DNA of 64,000 bases. Origin: Takakia lepidozioides. Lineage: Eukaryota; Plantae; Bryophyta. Every line of letters starts with the position of its first letter. Position 1 is the first letter of the stretch. The stretch covers positions 60,884,001 to 60,948,000 of the forward strand of contig CM060734.1 in the NCBI GenBank assembly GCA_030704615.1, read 5' to 3'. Position numbers and translations under genes: made by a program. Below, piece after piece: positions 49,301 through 61,300 of the stretch. Below the pieces are notes generated by a model. It was not told the DNA's origin, did not search any database, and worked only from the letters and a program-made list of their open reading frames with translations.

Positions 49301-52300
49301 TGTTCTTGATTTTTTCTTGTCTTTTACCTCTGTTTTCCACGACCATCCTGTCTGGTAATGTTGTAGCTTCGGCTTTTCTTGGTTTTCCTCTGTATACCTT
49401 GACAGACGAGCGTGTGGAGCCTGATTGCGCTGAATCTGATTTGACTAATTCAATAGAAGCCACACTGTTTGTGTTGTAAAATGATTTAGAATTTTCATCC
49501 TCAGTAGTGGACCTGGTCTGCTTACTTTCCCTGTCTGCAGTCTGATAGGCAAGCAGGTGAATAATGTGCCTCCAGACGCAGTGGGCGGTGTCGACAACGT
49601 GTTGGCAGTGTGTGATGCTGGACAATTCAACAACAAGGTATCTCTAACTTGAGATGTTTCTGATTCCAGTAGGTCTTCGCCAATTGCTGGTTTCGACGGT
49701 AATTCTTGAGGGTAAATCTAGAGTTCAAACGTTGACTGCTCTCAGTGTAATTTGGGTTCGAAGTTACATTCTTGAGACTCTGCTTGCCATAGCCTCTGGT
49801 TAGCAGAGAACAAGTTCTACAAGTGGAACCTACCTGTCAACTAATGCTGCGTGCTTCAATCCATGTCTTTCTGGTAGCATGTGCTTCTGACCTTACTGTC
49901 AAATGTCCTGCACTTTCTTTCCAATAAGGTTTTCCATTTGACGCCTCTTCCACCACCACTTTGGCCTGTTTGACAGGTCGATTTTGCTTCCAAGGAACAA
50001 AATAGAAAGCATGGTCTCTCTCTTTGCACAGAGTGAGAAAAGAAAAGAGAAATGAAATGATACTTTATAAGGTCCGTCGGAAGCTCAAAGAGCTTATTGG
50101 AGAAGAGAGTATGAAACAGAAAGGGAGTGGGGCCCTCAACAAGCAGCCCATAAACAACAAGAAAGAACGAAGATAAGGAACTTTATAACGATATGAAGAA
50201 TAACGGGAAGCAGCAGGAAACCCAATGCTGTTTGGAGACCAATATCTTAACAGGGTAAGCTGCTAATATGTTGTCCAGTGGGACCCATGGGTCAAAATGG
50301 AAGAATACAAAAACCACATCTAAAGTCACCCAACATAGCCTTAAGGATGAACATTTCAGAAGTTGTGTCACCCTGACTACGTTAGGTAAGGTGCCAGATA
50401 CATTGGGTCCTCCGTTGTCAAAATACGAAAGAACAATTAGAAATGAAGCTTTACTGAAAGTGGGGCGGTTGCTTGCACAGGTGGCAGAGTCTGTGAATGC
50501 CCTGGTTTTACGTTTTGAAGATGAAGCTGCAAAGAATAGTTGGCAATCACGTCTTTCAGGCGCTATCTATGGTGCATCGGTGGGTTAAGTTTTTGCAATA
50601 TATCCATATATTATTTGTGGGCCAATTTTATATTCCCAGAGATGCCGTGGACCCTGTAGAATAATCTTGGGAAGTACTTTTGCAACCTGACGAGATACAC
50701 TTTCATAACAAACCCGTCAGCCTGAACTTAAATGTTTTATGCTTGAGTACCTTTGCTGTACTATTCTGTACTGGTGACAAATAGTGGGGACATTGACTGG
50801 TTTAAATGTCACCTTCTGAGTAAAAATTGGATGAAATGCACTTCCAAGCACCAAGTTACCTGAGGTGGGATTTGGAGTATCTCTGTTGTCTCACCCACCT
50901 CCCCATTTTTCTTTCATAGTTCCCAACCTATTCCACATCATTTTGACATCAACTTGAAGATTGGCAATTTGCAGAACTGCATGTAGTCTGATGAGAGGTT
51001 TTGAGACGCAATTTGTTCTTGGTGAGGCTGGTGTGCATGCTGGTGTATCTCACTTGCTGTCTTCAAGTTGTAGATACTACAGAACGTCACCTATTTAGCT
51101 CACATTGTTTGTGTTGGCATATTTCCATCAGGCACCTGCAACTATTGCTGGAATGATTGGATCTGGAAAGAATGATCAGGATGACCTCAAGGATGCAGTT
51201 GTAGAAGCATCAAAAGGGAATGAGAGGATGAATGCAGCAGAGCAGGAGAAGTTTTTCCTTACTGGGACACTTGATGAGCTGAAAATTGTAATAAGCAACA
51301 GCCAAGATGTAAGATCATTTCTGAAACTTGACAGTTGGAACTGACCATTGGCCAGTGGATAAAAAAAACTTTAGACCTGCATTACTTTCGTGTTTTCCTT
51401 CTTATTTGGTTACCAAGGAATGTGGCAATGTAGATACCAACCAATTTGAAATCTGTTTGGAATACTTCCCAAGGCGTGGCCAGAATTCAGTGGTTTGAAG
51501 ACATCTTTTTCTTCTACTATCTCAGCAGCCACATTCAGCTGCACATACGCACTGGAAAAGTTCCAACTAGGAAAACCTTAACTATTGTTTGTATCCAGAC
51601 GTTGACACTTTGTTGATTGTCTGGAGTCAAAGGTGATGGTGCATTGAAGGTAATTCACGGATGTCCATAGTTGTCATACATATTTCCCATATCGTTCGCC
51701 CTCAACTTTCAGACTGGTATAAGTAGTGAAACCATACAAAGACCTTCAGATGTCCATCGCCCCTCTACGCTCACTTGCGCATGTGGCATGGGTGCCTGCG
51801 GGGTTGTGAGCTTGCAGATCGCTCTACTGTGCGCGTCAGTGTGTTGCACAATTGCCACTGCAACGCGCACAATAGAACGGTTTTGGACAATTCAACAACA
51901 ATTCAAGAGCTGCATCTTCCTCCTTTGAAACCACGGTGTGCGGGAGGGTAAGGTAAGGTTGAATGGGCTACAGATGACGCCTTATTAAAGGTGATAATGC
52001 CCTGTAGATTGGCTCTGATTGACTTCTATGGTTAGGCTGGTCCCTCTCTGGCAGTTTTTAATGTGCTATATCTAATTACCATGTGTCTGTGCAGACTAAT
52101 CATACATTACCAAAGATATTGTTGGAGCCAGAAAAGCCTATTGTCGAGTTTTGTGCCATTGGCAGCAAAGTAAGTTTGGGAAACAGTGTATTGGCCACAC
52201 AAGGATTGAAGGGGTGGATTGTGGAACCTTCAGAGTGTTCCCCTTGTTTCTATTGATTTAAAACAGCTGTAGGAGTCTGCATAAGCTGGAGTGGAGGTGG

Positions 52301-55300
52301 TCCTACTACTAATTGTTGCTCTGCTATATTCCAAGGATTTATTGTGGCTGGTAAATAGTTTTGATTCTAATGTCAAGGTCTAGGAGGCTTGCAGCAAACT
52401 GGACACAACTCACGTTTGTGGATTGATACTACATGCAGGTGGAATTTGTCATGAGGGAATATGATATGTCAGTGGGAGCTGTCCTACAGTCTTTGGAAAT
52501 AGAGGACATGTTTAGTGGCCACATATCGCCTTCATGCCACTACCTGGCTCGCTCCTACATTAAGCCCAGAAAGTCTGGACACAAACAGAAAAAGAAAGGG
52601 AAACCTCTCCATAGCATTTCACAGGGTCAGGGTAAAGGAAGAGCCCTGACAGAACGCAAGGGGATATTTTCGAGAAGTCCGAAGGGTGGTTCTGCAGATG
52701 ACCGGTTTTTTGATGCTACTGAATACCTGAATGAGAGTGATGAGGGGTCCAGGTCGCCCCGCCGGGGCAGTAGTTTCTCGCGAGCAGCTGTGAAATTTTA
52801 TGATGCAGAAGAGGGCGGCGACACTGAAGAAGGGCAGCCTCCGAGCTTCAAGCGGGAAGTTGGGCTGCTGCCTGGGTTGTCCATTGCATCCAATGGGCAC
52901 CATGATGCAGATGTGACAAAAGGCGAGGGTTTGAAGAATTTTGTGAAGGCTCAAGTCATTTTAGTTGACCAACATTCACCGGAATATGTCAACATTGACA
53001 AGGAGGTACTCTGACACAGGGATTTGGAACATCTATTTGAAGTCAATTTCTGTTTCCCAATAGTAGACATTATGAGTTGACAAAGAGTAATTCAGGAGAT
53101 TGAAGAATTTTGGTGGTCTATGTTAGCAGGTAAGGATAACACTGTCGACACTCTCGTTCTATTGCAATCGTCCAACACTTATTGCCCTTTTGGATCTTGT
53201 AACGGCCATCACTGCCGAGGTGGAGTCTCCAGAGGACAACTCTCCTCCTTCATCAGGGCAGTCAGATGCAATTGTCAGCACCATCGATGCAACAGCTGTT
53301 GAGGATGTGGATGAACATGGAAATATGAAGATACCTTATGAACGCAAGGACTCCGTGGTTCAGGGTTTGTTGGGGAAAGGCAAAGATCGGGTGGTGTTTT
53401 TGTTGGTTCTGGACATGGAACTTGCCCAGGTTGTTCTGAACCTAGACGATGGTACCCAACTGGCGACTCTTTTTCAGGATGACTTGCACACTGAAGTGAA
53501 GGTATTGTCTGCAATTTTTTCAAGGGTTTTAACTAGATTTCATCAAACTAGCTTCCAGCTGATCGCTACAAGCATTATTTCGAAAACCACTGTTATATGT
53601 TCATCAAGCAGTCTCACATATCATGATTTTGAACATGGAAGGATACCAATTGACTTGGCAAGACCTCCTATGTTTTAGGGTTTCTAGAAGAAATGAATCT
53701 GCACGATTTGTGTGAAGGTGATTGTGGGTGATAACTTACCACCTATTTACAATGGTTGCACACATCAGCTTTGATAGAGTCTTATGCTATCGGTGTGGTG
53801 TATCTAGCTCAGGTGGGGTGTATATCTGTTCAGTTATTGTGTTGATGTGTGTGCTAGCTTTTCTGGAGCTGTGTTTAGGTATGCCGCACATTATTTACAG
53901 TATCTTAGGATCATTGTTCTGTTGCTAGACCACCATGGGAGGTGTATCTCCAAGTGTTAGATTAAATTCCTTCGGAACTTGGGCTTCATGAAAATATCTA
54001 TGAAATAAGCACAGTGCTAGTCTGTCTGCCTGCTCCACAAAATTGTGCATTTGGGGAACCTGCTGCCTTAGTTTTCATCAAGCTTATGCATCGAAATGCT
54101 GTAGACACCAGGGAAGGGTTATTGATACTGTCCGAAGGGATCCTCATACTTGACTTACTCGCTGTCATGGACAGATCTTTCCAGCATCCTGGGGCGTTAA
54201 AGCTGCTTTGGGGAATTTGCGAATTAGTGATGATAGTGTGGATGACTCTCAATATCGGTATATATGCGACATGCGCGATCCAGATGGCACATCGTTTATT
54301 GAGGTGTTCCTTTTAGAGACTCTCGAGTAAAATTCAGTTTCTTTTCATTTTCTAGCTAGAGTTCATCCTTCATTGGACGAAATTCCCTGATTTTGTCGAT
54401 TCTTTACAGATGAATCCAGCAGGGATCTTAAATTCTTTCAATTTGTTTTCTCTCTAGCATTCATCCGTCATTGGAAGAAATTCCCTGATTTTGATGAAGT
54501 TGATTCTTTACAGATGAATCCAACAGAGAGCTTATTAGAGAATTTTAGTTTCTAAATTCCTTCCTCAGACTTCACCAGGATAATTGAAAGAACTGGAAGA
54601 AAGTGGGTGGGTTTTGGGCCCATCATCCCACCCTTCTCCAAATGAGAGAAATTTGTTACAGTTACATAAGTGTAATTCAAGGGCATCTTACAGTGGCGGA
54701 CAGATGTGGTGGTAATTCAAGCTTTTTGCGTTCTCTCAGCTGTCTCTTTCTGTGTCACATGCTCATATGAAAGATGGTTTCAAAAGCTGAAAAGCTTTGT
54801 TTGACTGCCTGTGCTCACAGTTGGAGTTCCTGTCGTTCAATCCCGAAGATGAGGATTATGAGGGCTACGAGTACAGCATTAGCGGCAAGCTGTCCGAAGT
54901 GCGGCTTGTCTTTCTCAACCGCTTTATTCAGGAGGTGGGTAGGGTATTCCTGAATGCACATTCACTTCTGGAATTCACTATAGCTTGTTGGAAGGCTTCT
55001 CATATTAACAACACCCTCATTGATAACACACCAGGTCTGTGTCTCCAATGTGTATCATGTCTTGTGGCATGAAAAGATCAGAAGTATAACAGTAGCTGAT
55101 GATTTAATTGTCCAATTACTACTGACATCTAAAACATTGGATGGACTGATAGTAGGTTGTATTTCCCGTGCAGATAACAGCATATTTCATGGGCCTTATT
55201 CCACAAGATTCTGGCTATGTGGTGAAGCTGAAGGATCGAGTGACAGATGTGGAGAAATTTTTCTCACAGTCAGAGATTGAAGGGTCACCATCATTGAAGC

Positions 55301-58300
55301 TGGACGTGGCACTCACTAAGCCCATCATCATCATGCCGCGATCAACCCACAGCACTGAGTAAACTGAATTCTCTTCCAAAGCAGTCCTTTACCACCAATT
55401 TTGGAGAATGTTTTAGGCCACAGCTTCTAGATCTCCTGACATTCAGATCCTTTCCCATGATCTTGACCAAACCAGTACCAAATCAAGGTTGGACCTTCTA
55501 GCACTAAATTTTTCAATCCTATCGTACCAGATTTTGCCACAGGGTGGGAGCTCTGATCATTGTTCCTTTGACTATAGAAGCCTCTTAGATTTGTTCCTCT
55601 TGACACCAAAGGGTCAAACAGGGTTGTTTGTGGAGCAAAAATCCTGGTCTGCATCTCCATGACCTTGTGGGCTCGCACACACTCCCACATACCGTGCATG
55701 ATTCCTTTGGGATTAGGAGGGGCTAATCCAAATCACCATTTTCAACAGGTCTGTGTTTCCAGTGTAAACCTATTGTAGAGTTGTTCAGCGATGTTATATA
55801 CCTGATGGTACAATTTGACCTGTTTGTGTGGGCAGTTTTCTGGAATTGGATATTCTACATATCAACCTCAAAAGCAACTCACAGTGGCTTGTGGGTGACA
55901 AGGAAGATCTCGGAGCTGTGCGGCTGGAGACAATCAATCTGAAGGTGGAATATTCGTTACACAACCGTTCCCAATTTAGTTCCTTGGAGATTCTAGAAGC
56001 TGAAAATATATTGGGTTTCCTGCTGGTTTGGCTAAGGTTGCAGTGTTTTATGAAGGAAGTTTGTAGGTCCTTCTCATTTTCTTTGACCTGTTGTTGAAAG
56101 CTGGTCAATGGCAAGTTTCTTTCTCTCTCACTGATGTCTTTCACTATGAGGATCAAAAATGCTTGGCAGCCTACCTACACAAGGCCTTCACCCTTAGACA
56201 ATCGCTAGAACATTAATTGTGGTTTCTGGATTTGTTCCTCTCTCATGTTTTCTTCCATTTTGTCCCATAAGCTCTACGAGCTTTCCGCGGACGTTATAAA
56301 GCACCATTTCATTTCATTTCATAAAGAAAAAGCGGAGAGCTCTATGAGCTCTCCGTGGACATTATAAAGCACCATTTCATTTCATTTCATTTCTCATAAA
56401 GTGCCATTTCGTTTCGTTTCGTTTCATTTCTTTCCGCGGACGTTATAAAGTACCATTTCATTTCATTTCCTTGCTTGGCAGCTTACCTGCATGAGGCACT
56501 CACCCTTAGACAATCACTCGAGCAATAGTTTTTATCTTTGGCTCTGGTTTTGTTTCCTCTCTCATGTTCTCTTCCATTTTGTCCCATAAGCTCTATGAGC
56601 TTTCCGCGGACGTTATAAAGCACCATTTCGTTTCGTTTTGTTTCATTTCGTTTCATTTCATTTCTTTCTTTTATTTCTTTCGCGGACGTTACAAAGCACC
56701 ATTTCATTTTTATTTCTTTCCACTGTCTATTCCTCGGAATTTTATCTCTCACTGAAGTTCTCCACTATGAGGATCAGAAATGCTTGGCAGCTTACCTGCA
56801 CGAAGCCTTCACCCTTAGACAATCCCTCGAGCAATAGTTTTACTTTTGGCTCTGGTTTTGTTTCCTCACTCATATTGTTTTCAATTTTGTCACATAAGCT
56901 CTATGAGCTTTCCGCGGACGTTATAAAGTACCATTTCATTTCTTTCTTCTGTTTCCTCTCTCATGTTTTTCTTCCATTTTGTCCCATAAGCTCTTTGAGC
57001 TTTCCACGGACGTCATAAAGTACCATTTCATTTCATTTCTTTACCAGGTTCTGATATGATACTTCGACTGTTCTTCCATTAAGTGGTTGTATCTTCGAAT
57101 GTGGGTATGCCAAAGGCAAACACCATTGCGTGCATTATTATGATATACGCCTGGAATCTCTATCAATAGTCAGCCTTTTCTTGGTAGGATCAGTTTTGGT
57201 CTGATATATAGGCGACGGACTGGTATATGTACTGGTATATGCACTCGTATGTAAAGACCAGACCAGTCTGGCAAGTAAATATGCTATACTCCGGTATAGT
57301 CTGGTATGTCTGGTATAGTCTGGTATGTAAATATGCTATATGAGACACCAGACCAGGCTGGTGTAGACTTCTATATACCAGCCGCCATACCAGTACTCCC
57401 CCACCATCTTCCTCATTTGCTGTGGTATGGTATTCTACTTGTGATATTAGTATTGTATAAAAGTTTTCTATAATTATGTATGTATTGTAGATACGTTATA
57501 TATAGGACTTTACAAAGTTTGGTTCTCCACTGGATACTTGATAACTGTTAAACTTTTAACTGAAAATGGCACTTGAATGGTACCAGTATTGATGCCTGAG
57601 ACCAGCTGGTATGGCAATCATAATAGTCAGTACTCATATCAGTATCTAGACAACATATATCTGCCATCATATATGCCAGACTTGTATGAACGTTTGTGAA
57701 ACCTTTTGTACTCGCACCAGTCTGGTATGTCCTAAAACATGATACCAGACCAACACTGGTAGGGATGCCCCACAAAGATGGACAGACTGCCAATTAACCT
57801 GCAAGTTGAGGGCTGAAAGAAGAATAACATGCTGCGAATTTTCGGAATTTACCAGTCAGGATTGCTATATGATGAGGAATTATTGGTTGTTGTTGTGCAG
57901 ATTGAGGATGTGCACTTGGTTGTTGGTGTTGGCGGCAAGACAGGGGAAGGTATCATCCAGGAAGCCAATGGGTTCTCTCTTGTTTTGAGACGACCCCTGC
58001 GCGACCTTTGGCATCAAGTCCCAGGTGTGGAGGTTTCAGTGAAGGTTGAGTCTTTTCCATTCTCCTTTCCTCTGTTCTCTGAATTTTGGAAAGAGAATGA
58101 ACCACTTTGCTACTAAGCAAAGCTGAACAAACTAGGGGCAGCTGCTGGTCACCAGTCTTCTCGAAGGACAATCAGCATTTCCACCTAAGCTAACAATTGA
58201 CAGTTAGAAGTAATACCCAGTTTTCCCCTGATCCTCAACACACACTGGGTCTCCTCAGTGCTTCAGAATTTCTCCGGCCCGGCAGTGTGAAGTTGGCAGG

Positions 58301-61300
58301 TGGGAGAACACCAATTGAGAAAGAGAGGCAGAGACCTTCCCACTCTTGTCAGCATAAGGCCACAAAGTAGTCTACATTGGGAACTCAAGGAGCTTATGGT
58401 CCTTGTTGTTCAGACATCACCCTCTCAAACAAGAGTAGCCTAGAGGGAATGGACACAAGTCAACCCGAAATCTCATTCCAGTACTCTTGTTATTTATGTC
58501 CTTTTCCTTTCAGCATTTTGGTGGGGACATGACACTGAGACTGTTTCCAGGGGTTTTGGTAGCACTTGTTGAAACTCTGTGAGGTATGACACTACAGGGC
58601 CAGATGATGCTGAAATTTATCAACTGAAATTGACCATAGAATAATTTTCAAGTCTAGTCCATCTTTTGAATCAGCTAGGATGCCAGAACAATATGCTGTG
58701 CAGTATGCTATGTAATAGTAAGAATAGTCACATTTTCCTGGGGATCTTGGTGCCTTGTTTTGCTACAGATTGAGGAGTTAAAGGCTGCCTTGTCAGATAA
58801 AGAGTACCAGGTGATAACTGAATGTGCAATCAGCAATATGGCAGAGACTCCAAATTTACCCACTTCCTTATTCGGGAGTAAGGGAAAAGACCAGAACAAG
58901 CACCTTCAGGATATTCAGACTCCTGATGCGACAGTGCCCGAGGCAAAGTATCGGGAGGTTACTGTAGTTAATGGCACACTGGATAATGCAGGTCCACTGG
59001 ATAACACAGGCTCGCAGGAAAATGCAGAAAGTTCATCTCCTGAGAAGCCCTACACTACAGTCAAAGTGGGCGTTGAAATTGATCTGGTTGAACTTGGATT
59101 GTTCATGGGGGGTACCAGGGATGCTGCTCTTGCCACCATTCAGGTACTTTGTGTTTGTGTCTCCCTCTACACCCGTGGGCTCAAGCAAAGAGAAAAGTTT
59201 GAAGTCATGTATTTCTCTTGATGAGTAAGAGAAAGATGCATGGATTCTAGGGGCTGTGGCTGCTGCCCTCTGCATTGGCCTTTCCTGGATTTTATGTGTT
59301 ATCTCCAGCACTGTTTGCTCATATTGGGGTTCTCTGTTGAGGTCCTCTCATCGGGGCATCTGCCTGTTTTGTCTCTGTCTCATTGTTTGAAGTTGATTAG
59401 CTTGTGGTTTGACTGCATTAAGAAGGCTCTGATTGCTGACCCTGTTGACAGCATACCTTGATGATGAGTGTGGTTTTTCCCTATTAAGTTTGTTCCAGGA
59501 TGAGAAAGTAGTACGGAACTCATAAGACAATTGCCATAGCCTAGTAAGTAGTAGAGTGAAACTTTATAACGACCACAGGCTTAGAGAAAGATCCTCCACA
59601 TAGTCTTTCCTATGGATTTCACAAAGGTAGAAGCTGGAAATTCAAGAGCTGTTCTTCTTTTTAGTTTCCGTTTTATGGAATCCAGGGCGCCACTTTTCTA
59701 ACTGTTTAGAGATAGCCAATCCCTCACAGATGAGTTTTATTAAGAGGATCAGACATGCCTGGCAGCAATCTAAATGAGGCTCCCCACCTTAGAGGATCTC
59801 TCGAAGTTGAGTTCTATTTTTTGGGCTGCTTATTGGGGGTCCCATCTTTCTCTCCCTTGTCCCAGAAGCTCTTTGAGCTTTCTGTGGACATTAGAAGCTT
59901 CTTTCTTCCTGTATCATTTCATTTCATTTCATTTCTGTTCAAGGACACTTGCATGCTGACAAGAAAGGTTGAGATTGCAGGTGAGTGGAGTGTGGGCATC
60001 ATACAAAGCAAATTCAGTGGAAGTTACAATTGTGATGGCAACATTGGAGAGATTAAATATCAAAGATGATCGGGAGGGTACTGAGGCAGAGATGCGATAT
60101 ATGATTGGTAATGCAGATGAAAAAGACCCAAGCACACTGGAGGGAAAACTTTACCAGGCACCAAAACAGAAACAATTGAGTGCATTGGATACACCCTCAT
60201 GTAGTCAGCGTCGCTGCAGGTCAGTGAGTAATATCTCTCTCAGAGATGTGGGTTTGCATTGCTGTACATGCGGTTTTCAGGACAAGACTCCCTAACATAC
60301 AAGACATTAGTGATAATGGTCATGACATACTCATTGAAATACTCCATTGTCCCTCGTTACCATATACTGAACAACAGAGTGTTTATTTCCATCTAATCCT
60401 GAAATGAATGGTAGAGTGATTGTATCGATCATTGCTGATAACCCTCAGGATGCTCCATGTGTCCTCTGATAGTTTCTCCTGTGTCCTTACACAGGCAATT
60501 GACCATCAGAGGAATCTGTAAAGGCTTCATTGGTGATTCAAAGAAAAATGAGGTTACTGAACAGAACTGCTGGTGCAGGTCAGCTCTCACAATGCTGAGT
60601 ATGGATGCAAAGCTCAGCCCTACACAGCAGTCAATATTATTGCGCATTCAGCGCCCCCGTCTCGTGGTGGCTTTTGATTTTTTGTTGGCAGTTGCTGAAT
60701 TTTTCATCCCGTCCATCCACACAATGCTCTCAGAAGGAAAGGGCGATGAAAATCCATTGGATCTCATGAATGGCATCTATCTGACTGAGCCAGTTTATAA
60801 GCAAAAGGATAAAGAGATGTCAATATCACCAAAGAAGCCACTAATTGCTGACAGTGAGGGTGTGGATGAGTATGTTTATGATGGACAAGGAAACCACCTC
60901 CACTTGCTAAGTCGGAAGGGAACAGATCTTTCTGATTTTTCTCCAGAGGCACTTATATTTATTGGCGATGGAAAGAGGGTCATCTTCAGGAATGTTATCA
61001 TCCAGGTATGCTCAATGCTTTGTGGAAAATTCCCTGTTTGTCGGCTGAATCCTTAACCTGCACATATACTTGTCTTCTTTTAGTCAGTGATGCATATTAT
61101 TAGCTCATTTGTAGTTAACTGTGGTGTTTATTGGCCAGCCATTGAAGAATACTCGACATTAGTTTGAGTTGGAAGGAGAAGGACCATAACCTGTTGTGTT
61201 TCTGTTTTGTGGGTAGAATGGAGACTACCTTGATTCATGCATTTATCTGGGGAGCAACAGCAGCTACTCAGCATCAGAGGATGATGGTGTGTTCATGGAA

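Noticed and set aside
54350-54535. ~100-bp intronic tandem duplication
   Set aside because: An ordinary local duplication with no structural or coding signal.
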